A DNA stretch of 64,000 nucleotides from Ginglymostoma cirratum. Taxonomy: Eukaryota. The position numbers were made by a program, and so were the translations under genes. The notes under the pieces were generated by a model, which worked only from the letters and a program-made list of their open reading frames with translations, had not been told where the DNA came from and made no database searches. Location: NCBI GenBank assembly GCA_024137785.1, contig JAHRHZ010000013.1, positions 12,790,707-12,854,706 of the forward strand, in the 5' to 3' direction. Of this stretch, positions 1 to 11,500 are shown piece by piece (positions within the stretch are counted from its first letter, which is position 1; every line of letters starts with the position of its first letter).

Positions 1-3000
1 GTTGAGCTGCTTCGTGGATCACACAACATAGGAATATCCGTAAAACAAAGACAATTTTTTTAACCTACATTAGACCAAAGTGCTGGCGACGGTCGTGAAC
101 CGCTTGCTGCAGCTTCCCAACACCACCACCCACCCCCACCCCACACCTCCTCTTCCAACATCCGCTGGCTGTATGTACCCTTATTTCAAAATCTTTACGG
201 TTAACTGAAATACAATCTCTTTTCCTCGGTGTTGGGTCCTCTATATCCCAAACTTTGTTTAGATTTCCGTGCATTCCTTATGGAGAAGGAGAGATTCATT
301 CTGTCGCCTTTGAGCCAGCATTGACTATCTGGTCAGCGGAGTGTTACAGCGTCTCTGGCGGAGTGCTAAGGTCTAGAGCAAAATCGAGAACCATTCAAGT
401 CCAGTGTTGAGCCTCAGAAAGAAACCGTTTTGTGTTTCCTGTGCAGATGGCCTGAAATTAGAACTCAAATATAGATTCTATATTTACAAACTGAAGTTAA
501 GGCGCTCCGAAACTGCGCAACGTTTAAAAGGACAGTTCCTCTCTTGTAAATGTAGTTGTGTTTAAGCCTAGAGAGAAAAAAAATATAAAATCAAGCCACC
601 ATTAAAACGCCTGAAAGAATTTGCCAACAACCTTGGAATGTGCCGCTTCTTTCTGCGCTGCATAACGATTTATAGATGTGCACGAAATGTTTGATTTTAA
701 AATGGTATTGTTGAATTCGTTACAATTAGCACCATGCATTCTCAGACACAAATGAAGCACTATTTTCTCGCAAAAAAACCCGATAATTTATGAAATTTGG
801 TGAGTTGCCCGGTTTAGACTTACGTCTCAGGCTTTTTATTAACGTTCAACACAGGAAACTCGCATGTTCCTTACAAATTACAGCTCTGGAGCGACGTGTT
901 GTTAAAAAAAAAGACTACACACAGAGAGAAAGCTTTCAAAGTACGTGGATACAATTCACCAATGGTCTCAGGAAGAAATTAGTATCATCAATCGAAACCT
1001 GTACAGACTGTTCAGCAATAGTCAAAAATAGAGGAATTCACCCATTGTCATCTTAAAATCCACACCAGAGTACCGGAATTAACGCTATTGTCATTTTATA
1101 GCAAGGCGAGTGCAGTGATAATGAAGCTAGACTGCTATAGATGCATGTGTTGTTTGGAGTCGGTCAATTTACATTCAGATTTGTGCTAGTAACATGTGAA
1201 TTGTAAAATATTTTATTAATTCATGCAACTTTACAGCACTTAAGACTTCCTTCGAAACGCACGGCTCGCGTTCGCTTACAAACTGTGCTCAATACTTTGT
1301 AATACTACCCATCCAAGACTGTTATTTACTGAATGCACCTTGTAGCCAGACAGAAAAAAAAATCACAAATTAAGTCTTTTAAAAAAAATTTCAAACCTGG
1401 GCTCAAAGCGAACGGTTCGATTCAGAGACCACATTCGATAGGTGAAATTTTCTATCATTCTCATTGTATCGTTTAGAATAAAATCTAACTGCTGACGCCT
1501 TTACTTCCGTTCAGATAACATCTGTGTGAAGTTGCAAAGCCAATTTGTGGGCTTGCAGAATGCTATGACGACGCGTGTTCAAAGTGCTTTCATCATTTTC
1601 GAGTCTAATTGGCGTATAGCGTATAATTTGGCAAAGATTTACAAGATATATGTAAAACATAAAATAAGACTAACTAAATCCTGCAGGCATCTGCACGAGA
1701 GGATTCAAATCTAGCCGAGCCGGTCCCGTAGCCACATTCAAGGGTTTAGTTTCAGTAAAATCGTGATTGAAGAATATCTCAAATACCAAGTGTTATGTTG
1801 GATGTTGGTTGCTTACGAAAGGTTGAAACGCTTTCTGGTTCACCCGCATTGGTTCTAAATGAAATGTTCCATTTACAACTGTGCAAATGGACCGCATACA
1901 CCGGCTTTTCAAAGCCAAACCTCTAATTTGAGATTAAAAAGGGAAGTACAAAACTACTGTGGCTCCTTTCTTTTTTTTTACAAAGCCAATAAATCATATA
2001 AGCCTCGAGACAATTTTGCGGGCAACCGGTAAACAATAAAATTCTTAGTGAATGCCGAATGATATTCAAAGTGTAATTTTTTTAATGTTACCATTATACT
2101 TGGGAAAACATAACAGGAAGGAAGCGCACGAACTCACATTATTGTGTGTTTAAATTGAGAAAGGCTGTTCTTCATTAATAATATCTAAATAAAACCACAA
2201 TCCACAATTTACTCAAAAATGTAACAACTAAAGAAATATTTCCGATTTCTTGCCAAAGTGTATCGAATTACAATACTCCGCAAATGAAAGGAAAGGCGTT
2301 TGGCTAAAGGTCTGTGCTGAACTGCCTTTTAAAGAGGGCCTGGCCACTGTCAGCAGTGATGTTTTGAACAGCACAAACTTGACTGTGCTTTTTCTTTGTG
2401 AATCTTTAAACCATGCCGAAGACAGCTTTCAGCTTCTGCAATCATATTAGGATAACATCACGCCTGGAATGCACAACAGCCAACATTTTCCCGAAGATAT
2501 CCTTTTGTATCATGCTGAAGAAATAAAAATCGAGACAAATGTTTTTAACTCACGTAAAGTATCCTTCTACAGTACGCCATGCAGTGAAATACCCAACAAA
2601 GAGGATGATATGATTTAATATTGCAAATGTGTTATTTATTTTGTTCGAATTAAATGTGGATTATTTACAACTGTAATTTCAGTTACACGGGCACATAGGA
2701 AGTTGCATGTAAAAGCAGTTCCTACTAAAAGATTCTCACAGCGAATCTGCTGTACTTAGTACAACTTAGCAAGTCGACAATTCATATTTATAAATATTAT
2801 ATATATGTTATGTTAAATTAACTTAGTGTTGCATTCATAAATGAGCGCAGAATTTATCCTGTGACAAGGTTTACGTTGTGCCATCATCTCGATTCATATA
2901 TTTAAAATTAAGTAATTCTAATCGGATGGTCAACTCAAATCACTAGACCAACAGAATAGAGAGCCATAGTGTTTGTTTACTTGCTTTGCTTAGATTAAAG

Positions 3001-3885
3001 CTTCTGTTTGTCTCGTCTAAACAGCCAATATAATGGGACAAGTCTGCTTTCTGTGTTTAGTCTAGTTTCCTGCAGAGGCAGGAGCCGCCGACCGAGCAGC
3101 GCTTCCACTACACTCCGCCGAGGTCGCTGTTTCGAAGAACAACACAAATTTACGCGCCTAGGCGCCATGTAATGATCATAACCGAGGCCTTGTGCTTTCA
3201 AGTAATTTCTTTGTCTTGCACATAGCGGAATATATAGGCTTCAAATGCGTATCCCAAAGCGCTTGGCGTTTTCCCTTTCTATTTTAGATTTTCATCGGGA
3301 AGTACAGGATCAGTTATATATCAAACCTGCTCCGTTTAGGCGATGTGAAATTATCATGAAATATTCATCACTGACAAAGACGAAATCTGCAATGCATCGA
3401 TTACGCCGCTGTGTAGATGAAATTGCAGTTATTTGCAGTAGCATTGTGCCGACCTGCCTCAGTGTTTTAAAATAATCATTCAGCAGCGCATATGCACTGC
3501 CAAGTAATCTGAAATTGATCATATTTAATTTAAACGTGAACTTGATCGTTCTTAGAGAAAAAAAACAAATCTAACATATAACGTTACATTCATTAAACTC
3601 CACTTAACACGAGGTTAAGGAAGAATGATTCAATGTTTGCATGGCAGAGTATTAGAAGGCATGCTGCTCTTCGCAAAATAATATACAAAGTTGTACCAGT
3701 TTGAAAACGGTCTCTCGAAAAAAAAGCATTTGCTATTCATTTTTAAAAAGCATCGTTATTGTTGACAGAAAACATGCCATTTTACTGTTGGCCTTAGAAA
3801 ATCAAAACATTTCACTTATACGTGATTATTAAGTAACTGCGGTTTCTTTCCAAACCAGCGACAGAACTCACTGGCGAAGAGGATA

Positions 3886-3968
3886 ACTGCAGTAATTCAG
3901 GCAGTTTCGTGTTGTAGAGATAGACTTGAGCCCCAACAACATGAAACTACCTAAATCACACATCAGCT
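3886..3968 (-). ncRNA. mir-196: miR-196 precursor hairpin (HoxA-cluster copy, between HoxA10 and HoxA9)
   Basis: Plus-strand 3932-3953 CCCAACAACATGAAACTACCTA is the reverse complement of mature miR-196-5p, UAGGUAGUUUCAUGUUGUUGGG. The complementary 3p arm CUACAACACGAAACUGCCUGA lies at ~3897-3917. The position 3' of Hox10 is canonical. Confidence 0.97.
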
Positions 3969-5076
3969 CTATCTCAGCTCTTTAGATTCCTATCACTGTA
4001 CACACATAGGATAGTCTAAATGTAAATTCAACAAGCTTACCAAACCAAAAAAAATCACAGTATGTTGTTGCTCGTCACAACCTCGCATGCAGTTTACCAA
4101 ACACGAATTACATTGCTTTAACCTGCAATGTTGTGGGTCCCTGAAATAATTTCCCAAGTAATTCAGTTCTTGCGTTCCAGGCAGGAATCGTATTCAAATG
4201 AATGGATTTAATTGTAAATTCAGCACGAGAATAATTGTTGGTTCCCCACTAAAAATGGCGGGTTCTTTATTATCGCTGTGCAGGATTTCACGCGATCTGA
4301 ATGCATGTCATTCACTCTAGTGATGATAAGCCATAGCAACTTGTCTGCACTGCAATTATCAGGAGTTCAAGGTTTGTCCGAATAAAAGAGCTAGTCAGAT
4401 GACATAGCCTTTCGAGATAAATTTTCTTCCACACCCAACCCCCCCCCCCCCAAGCCTTGCTCCCGACCCCTCTGCCAAAAAAAATGGAAACTTCAACTCT
4501 TATTTGTGAAAAACACTATTTGAATTTTAAAAGATAATAGACACAAAATAATGAGAAATAACCTCTTACCTATCAGCTTAAAATATAGCATAATAGGCCT
4601 ATGCATTCGTTCATTTTACAGATCTTACCTTCATCGTAAATGTGTCCAAAGGTCTTATCTGCTGTTTTTTTTCGATTCCTCACTCTGTTCTGATTTTAGC
4701 CGATTAAAAGCTCTGAAAGTGTATTGTGCTCAGAGAAAGTCAATTTCCTACATCCGAGCCGTGCTCTGCTTCCTCTGTCTTCGTGGCTGTTCGCTCAACT
4801 GAAACCACTCGTCCAAGACAGCAACAACCCAGATATACTAGCAAGTCATAAAACTCAACAAAAGCCGACAAACGTTACAGCACCATTGCTATATAGCCCA
4901 GACAAATTACGACCGTCTAGGTAATATTTAAATAGATTGTAACGGTAATTGCCAGTCTTTACACCCACCATTCCTGCTGTAAGCTTCCTCAACAGATAAG
5001 GTAAGAAAGAAATCGAACACAAAATGAGATAAAACAATATGCATGTACCTATCTCAAAGCACTCCGACCAAATACG

Positions 5077-5082
5077 TTTATT
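5077..5082 (-). terminator. Candidate HoxA10 polyadenylation signal (AATAAA)
   Basis: Plus-strand TTTATT about 700 nt downstream of the stop codon, following an AU-rich UTR-like stretch. Not verified. Confidence 0.5.
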
Positions 5083-5773
5083 CATCTTTCATGAAAACAC
5101 AAGTTTTGTTAACATACACAGTGCAGCAGCAATAGGATTGAGCAATATTTGAGTCTTCAAGTGAAAGCATTTCATCTTTGCAAACCCAAATGAATCAATT
5201 CTTTTTTTTCTAAATGTGAAATAACGGCAGTGGATAAAAGGTCCGACGTTCAACTCTTCTGTCCGTGCAACAATGTTTCACATTTAAATGTGATCTGATG
5301 TTTCAGTTTATGGTATGTGATATCTTTACGTAACAACACACTTTACAGCATATTCACATTTAACTTCTATTAACATGTCAGTATACGGTAGGTACTTATT
5401 TTGGAATTATTTTAACAGCATGGGTCATCTGTATTCAGACATTACAAAGTTTGATTTACTTAGCTGATAATTGGTAATTAGCACAATTAAAAAGATTGTT
5501 GTCAGGTCCCCCTCCCCCCGTGGCTGTTTGGAAAAATCATCATACAGGGCGATAACTTCTGTTCATGCCTTACTTATCAGTGGCAACACATATTATTATA
5601 GTTACAGAAACAGACTACCGCCACAAATAAAACAAAACACGTAAATCGTAAATATCTACAACCAGCACAAGGCTGAGGAGTCAGAGGTAAGTGGAAAAGT
5701 TTTTAGTCTTTTAGTGACACTAGCACAGCTTCCCGATGTCCCTTTAAAATCTGTAAACCAGTGTTTGTGTTTA

Positions 5774-6048
5774 TCATGAAAAGCTGAAGTTAGCTGTAAG
5801 CTCCCGAATCCTGTTCTCACGGTTCATTTTCTTGAGTTTCATCCTGCGGTTTTGAAACCAGATTTTGACCTGTCTGTCAGTCAGGTGGACGCTGCGGCTA
5901 ATCTCTAGGCGACGCTCTCGAGTCAGGTACATGTTGAAGAGAAACTCTTTCTCCAGCTCCAGGGTTTGATGTTTGGTGTAAGGGCAACGTTTTTTTCTGC
6001 CACTCTTTGCAGTCAACCAGTTGGCCCCATTTTCAGCTTTCACCTCCC
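5774..6048 (-). CDS. hoxa10: HoxA10 exon 2 (homeodomain)
   Basis: Translates (G)[90 protein letters not shown]. Acceptor AG at 6050-6049 follows a long pyrimidine tract (plus-strand GA-rich 6060-6150). Phase 1 matches exon 1. Confidence 0.97.
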
Positions 6049-7404
6049 CTAGTAAGTAAAAGGGTGAGAAAGAGACAGAAAAAGGTAGAAAATAGAGAGA
6101 TAAGCAGATAGAGGCGAGATAGATGAAAAGAGAGGAAGAGAAGAAAGTTTATCATGTTTTGTAATGTAATCTTCAATACTTGTGGTAGGTTGGTGATTTT
6201 AGATGCAACTTTTATTCTACGGTTTCACTCGATCTACAAATATTTCAGTTCCGTCATGAAAAAGATAAAATGCTACGTCTTTGAATTAACAATATTAGTG
6301 GATTCCATTGCACTACCTTTTTTAGTTAGAATTGTACAATTTATCCTGTCAGCACCCACTGAGTACATACACTTAGGGCGTAAACAAATAAGATTTTCAC
6401 TTATTTTGTGACTGAAACGGATCTGTGGAATACATTGTGCAAGAGCGAGCTGTAGGCCCATTTAAATCGAAAATAAAATTAGTTTGAAATTCTGTTTGGA
6501 TGCTGGTATGTTCGTGTGATTTTAAATTAATTCCTAACCTTGTTATGTACTTGGGATGACACTATCTATTTATTTGGTTTTGCAAGAATCTCGTTCATAC
6601 TCCTATTTAATATCTGTGGATACTGAATTAATCATTAGTTATCCACTGAAAGAACTATTTTCGTGCAATTTTCAGTAAAAGTTCAATATTTTGCTTAGCA
6701 CCAGTAGGCGTGTCTTTCCCTCTTTCCTTCATTTCCAATTTATTTCAGCCGCGTGCCTCGCCATATTTAAAATCTATGCTTCACTACTGCTTTCGCCTGA
6801 GGAAATCAAGCAAACTGTTTCGTGCACGTAAACAACCCAAACTGAACAGACTGAAGTATTTTGCTCTTCGCTGGAATGTTTTTTAAGCTATTTCAAAGCC
6901 TCATCGGTTTACTTTATTTGAAATAACGTTACTTTTTTCCCCGAAAGTTCTATAAAGAGAAAACTAACCATCCTCACAGTTTGACGGCGTTTCAGTTGCA
7001 TTAATATAGTTTATTTGATCACCTGGATTTCAGACACAGCTAAAACTAACGACTAAAAACATTTAGAGCTTCAAATTTGTTCCTAATTATGTACTATGTG
7101 CAATAATTATGCACTGATAACTAGCATCAAATATCTCGCAAAAGAGTTCTACATCAGCCTTTCGTACTTTGAAAACTTTTTCTAAATTTTTCATGTTTTT
7201 TTTCTTGAAAAGATCTCTAGAACATAAAACATCCCTGGGTTCCTTCGAGTATTATTTATTGGCTGTGTTCTGTTTACTTTGGACCCTGTGTGCAAATATG
7301 TCCTTCTATGCGGTACGTTTAAATAACTGCCGAAAGGATTCGTGGTTTGTAACTTATCTGACAAGTTTAGACTGCGGCTACAATTGACTCCGGAGCGTGG
7401 GCTC

Positions 7405-7480
7405 GTGCTATAAACTATAGTAGGCATTAATTTTTACAGCATAGCTCACGCCCAAAAATAAAAAGTTCACAAGGTCAGAA
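7405..7480. promoter_or_regulatory. HoxA10 intron 5' element: homeodomain-type sites plus a perfect DR2 nuclear-receptor element
   Basis: TATAAA, ATTAAT and TTTTAC motifs at 7410-7440; AGTTCA-ca-AGGTCA at 7464-7477. Confidence 0.55.
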
Positions 7481-7579
7481 TAAAACCCTCTTTGTTATGC
7501 CTGTTGGCTGTACCTGCCACGTCTCCCCGCTTCTGAGTGCGAGCTGTATAAATTCCCCTCGGCCTTTTTATTTACCTAC

Positions 7580-8339
7580 CTTTTGTTTCTTTCTCAGGAG
7601 AGTGTTTACTGCTTTCTGAAGGGACAGGAGATGACTCTTCGTTCGCTGAAGAAGCCGGAGCTTCTGACTCTTCTCTTTCCGAACCGCAGGTTAAATGACC
7701 AGGGGATGTCCCTTCACTTCCTTTTCTCCCCAACTCAGTCGGGGTCGAAGCTGAAGAAGGGGGTGTTCCATATCGGATCTGGGATTGGGCTACAAATGGA
7801 GAGGTCCCAACCTGCCCCGTGTTGTTATAAAGTGTCTGTTTGGATGTCGGGTAAGCTTGTGACAGACGGAAATAGCCGGGGACAGGAACCCCGCCGCTAG
7901 TAGTAGTGTCACTATTGGAGCACGATTCTGATGTTAGCCTTGGGAACGTGGAAAGATCTGTTGCTGCTGAGCTTTTAGGGCATTTCTCTGAATCATACAA
8001 ACAATATGCATTCTCCTCTTTGATATTCTGGGGGAAGGAACATGCTGCCACTTGCTGGGTTGCAGGTTGCTCCATGCGACAGGACCTTGGGGGATCTGAC
8101 CAGACCTCCATCCCGCTCATGTAAGGATGAGAAGTCAGGACCATACTCTGAGAGTTGTTCTCGCTGCGTTTGCTGAGGGATGGGAAAAGTCCACAGTTCT
8201 GCGTGCCGTAAGAGAGCTCAGAGGCAGGCGGCAGGTATACACTGCTGTTGGGGTAATAGGCTCCTTCCCCGCCACGGCCCACGCTGATCAGAGAATCTAC
8301 TAAAAAGGAGTTTGCAGACGGACTGTCTGAGCATGACAT
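7580..8339 (-). CDS. hoxa10: HoxA10 exon 1
   Basis: MSCSDSPSANSFLVDSLIS...CSFPQNIKEENAYCLYD...VPVPGYFRLSQAY are Hox10/HoxA10 signatures. Donor AAAG|GTAGGT at 7580/7579. Spliced CDS is 760+275=1035 nt (344 aa). Confidence 0.96.
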
Positions 8340-8570
8340 TGTTGTGGGGTAATTTGGCGAAAGCAGAAGCTATCCAGTTCAGGCTGACATTTCTTGTGCA
8401 AACACGCTGAATATGATTAGAGATACCTCCGCAGCACGACAGGCGGGATGGGCCAATCGACTGACAGAGTTGGACAGAAGCCCCTCCTCCACGGAGGGCT
8501 GCGTCACTGGAACTGCAATAAGGTCACCATATGTAATCGGTAAACTGCAAAAGCGTCTAAATGCATCTTT
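8340..8570 (-). promoter_or_regulatory. HoxA10 5' UTR and proximal promoter
   Basis: Directly upstream of the ATG. Leader resembles the mammalian HOXA10 N-terminal extension; CCAAT at ~8452-8458 (plus strand). Confidence 0.6.
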
Positions 8571-11500
8571 ATTTACTCGGTTCTACTTTATTAGAAACAC
8601 GTCCTTCGAATAAAATAGGAAAAAAAGGGGAGCTCTAACATGTCACACGATATCAACGCAAGTTTCAGCAAATCCATAAAGCGGCCTTACTGAAACATAG
8701 CAGCAATCAGTTTCATGTATTAAATTACTTACGTATGAAGTTGACAGAAATGAAACTTTTAACTATACTATTATGCACTTTTCACCGCGAGCTAAGATTG
8801 CCTGGCATTTACAGGCGAGAAACCAGTAGTAATCTTGACTTTCACGGTCTGCCTGTGATTACCTATAATGGTTGCTGCTCCATTTTCACAGAAAGCACTA
8901 TCATGCGGATCAATATTGGAGCTTTATTTAATTTTTAAGTTTCAGGGCAATTCTTTCACGCGTCTGTTTCAGAATCACATCTAGACAGAAAGCCCCTAAG
9001 ATTGCATTTCTGGTTTGCTGTTTGCAGTCTAAAGTTTAACAGCTTAATGCAATGCGCTGCAGCTCTGTGGTTTAAGTGTAGAAGGTCAGTGACAACAAAC
9101 TAATAAAGCAACATAACCTATTCCTTTTCTCTCCTCGTCTATTTCACCAGCGTGGCATCTCGAGCATTGACCACTTCTGATATTTCATACTTACCATTTC
9201 AAGAAATCGAAAACATTTCTTTCACAATGCTTTAAGCATTGCGGTCTTCGATTGCCCGAGCTACAGTGGAGAGCATTTACCACATCTATAAAATCGATCC
9301 CATCATTTCGTCTTAAGAAGAAAAAACAAGACTGTTAAACTGAACTTTACAAGGCCCTTAACTACAAACCGGTCAAGTTTAACACAAGGCACGGAGACAA
9401 AACCTTCGTCCGCAGTTTCCCTCTCCACCCCATCAAAGGTAACTATTGAACTGAAGTGAACAGCAACAACAACAACAAAACTGCAAGTGCACTGTGTCCT
9501 TCGCAGAAAGGGAGCCGGAGCTTCGGGTTGTGAACTTTTCTTTCCAAGTGAGGTGGCGTTCAAGGACAAATGTAGACAAAGTGGCGCTAAAATTCTTAAT
9601 GTCGGTGCCGGTAGAAGTTAAGTGAGATAAAAATTAAGAACTGTTCCCTCTCCAGCAACCAGCTCCCACACCCCGCCAATGATTATCACGGCCAAAAGAA
9701 ACGTAGGTGTTTATTAGAATGTGCGCTCCATTTCTCTCCGAATTGGTGATTTTGCGGAATATCTGTACAATGTGACATATATCAATGCGACTCCGAAAAG
9801 GAGACATGTTATTTGTGTTTTGTTCGGCCACCTCTGCAATCAAGTGCAGCCAACAATGACGCTCGCAAATGTAATCTTTAGGTTGGTACCGGGAGTAAAC
9901 AGTGTGATTTCGCAGTGACAAAGGACTTAATCTTCAGTCTCTGGCATTGCTGCTTTTTACTACGAGTCAATTTGAAACCGTCCTCGAATTCTGGCCTCAC
10001 TACGAGGAAAAACCACTTCGGCACCATTATTTCTACTGTTGTTACTTTAACTCTGGCGCTGGATTAAAGTGCAAACAAAAAAATGCTGTTAATCTAAAGC
10101 AGATTATTCAAAATATCGTTTGTGGTAAAGTCAGCGGGATATGAAGGCCGGCTTTACACGCACCGTGTTTGCTAAGGGGCCGTCTCAGAGGATTCCTTAG
10201 TCTTGCTTGTTTTTTTTAGCACAAACAACTGCTTAGAATTATCACGGTCGTCCAGAAGACCTATAAAAACTTAAATGTGCTGTATCAAAAAAATGAAAAT
10301 ATTCCATTTTGCAGTCCCACTGTGCCTATGACACGTATGATCATGGGAGCATACAAAGATTTAATGGGAGGGAAATAACAATTGTCATCTATACCAGTCT
10401 CATATATAAAGACTCAAGCTACTGTACACCAGTGCTAACTAGCAGAAGCTATATATTGAAGTCAGAATATTTATCTGGTTCTTGTGGTAAACATATCATG
10501 GCTTTATATATTGATTCCATATTTGGATAATTTTATTGGTGTACTTTTGGATCGGCAATGGGCTTGAAGGTTTATAACCCAGTTTCCCAGTAAAACTGTA
10601 ATGTGGATAGTAGATTGGTCGCTGCAATTTCTAGGGGCACTGGAGTCCTTTCTGAAGTTTATTGATAGGAATGGGGTGAGGACCGTGTGACTGTTGTATA
10701 CAGTAAAAACACACGCCCTGGAAAGTAATTGAAGCAGCGAGGATTTTCAGGGAAAAGTTCCTTTCTGAGTTGCTAAGATGTCGTAACTACACACTGCGAT
10801 ATTGTTAACAGTCAAGAAATATGAGTAACTCTGCCGACAAGGAGACAGGCAAGATGAAATGACTTGATCGTAACATGACAAGAAAAAAATGTAAGAAATA
10901 GCTGTAGAAAACGTCTAAATCCGTATATTGTGCGATATTTCTGCGGCGTGTAACACGTTCCCCTTGACATAAGAAAGAATAACGAAGACCATTTTCTTTT
11001 CGTCAAGCTGTATTGATCCTGGTTATTACAAGAGTTCTCCATTTCTCCTCCAACGAGCCAGCAATAAACAAACGTCTCGAAACTCTGCATCAAATGAGGT
11101 AAATGATACGTTCTCCAGCTACTGACCAAAGAGCGAGCGTTGAAGGCGGTAGAGCGAGTGGTCATTCTGTAGCAAAAAACAGTGATTTCGAACCCTGAAC
11201 AGATCAGGATGACCGCACTCAGAGCTCGGTCTCGTTCTTAGCCTAGATCGTGAACTTAAGACTGAAAGCCAGACAGAATAAACCTTTCACTTTGTTTTGC
11301 TAAATAAAGACTCGAGAAGTATCGTATACTCACGCATGAGATTACTTCCAATTACCTATATCTAATTTCTTTAACAAAAATCCATGTAACACTTTGTGAA
11401 GTTTTAAGCGTAAAAAGAGCCTCACCCTTCAAGTGTACTGTAATTCGTCATTGTATGCGTGCGCTGTAAATTCCTTTCGGTCTACCAACTGGAACAAGGA

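Noticed and set aside
1-500. Possible HoxA9 coding sequence at the window start
   Set aside because: No Hox9 N-terminal motif found; HoxA9 should lie just outside the window.
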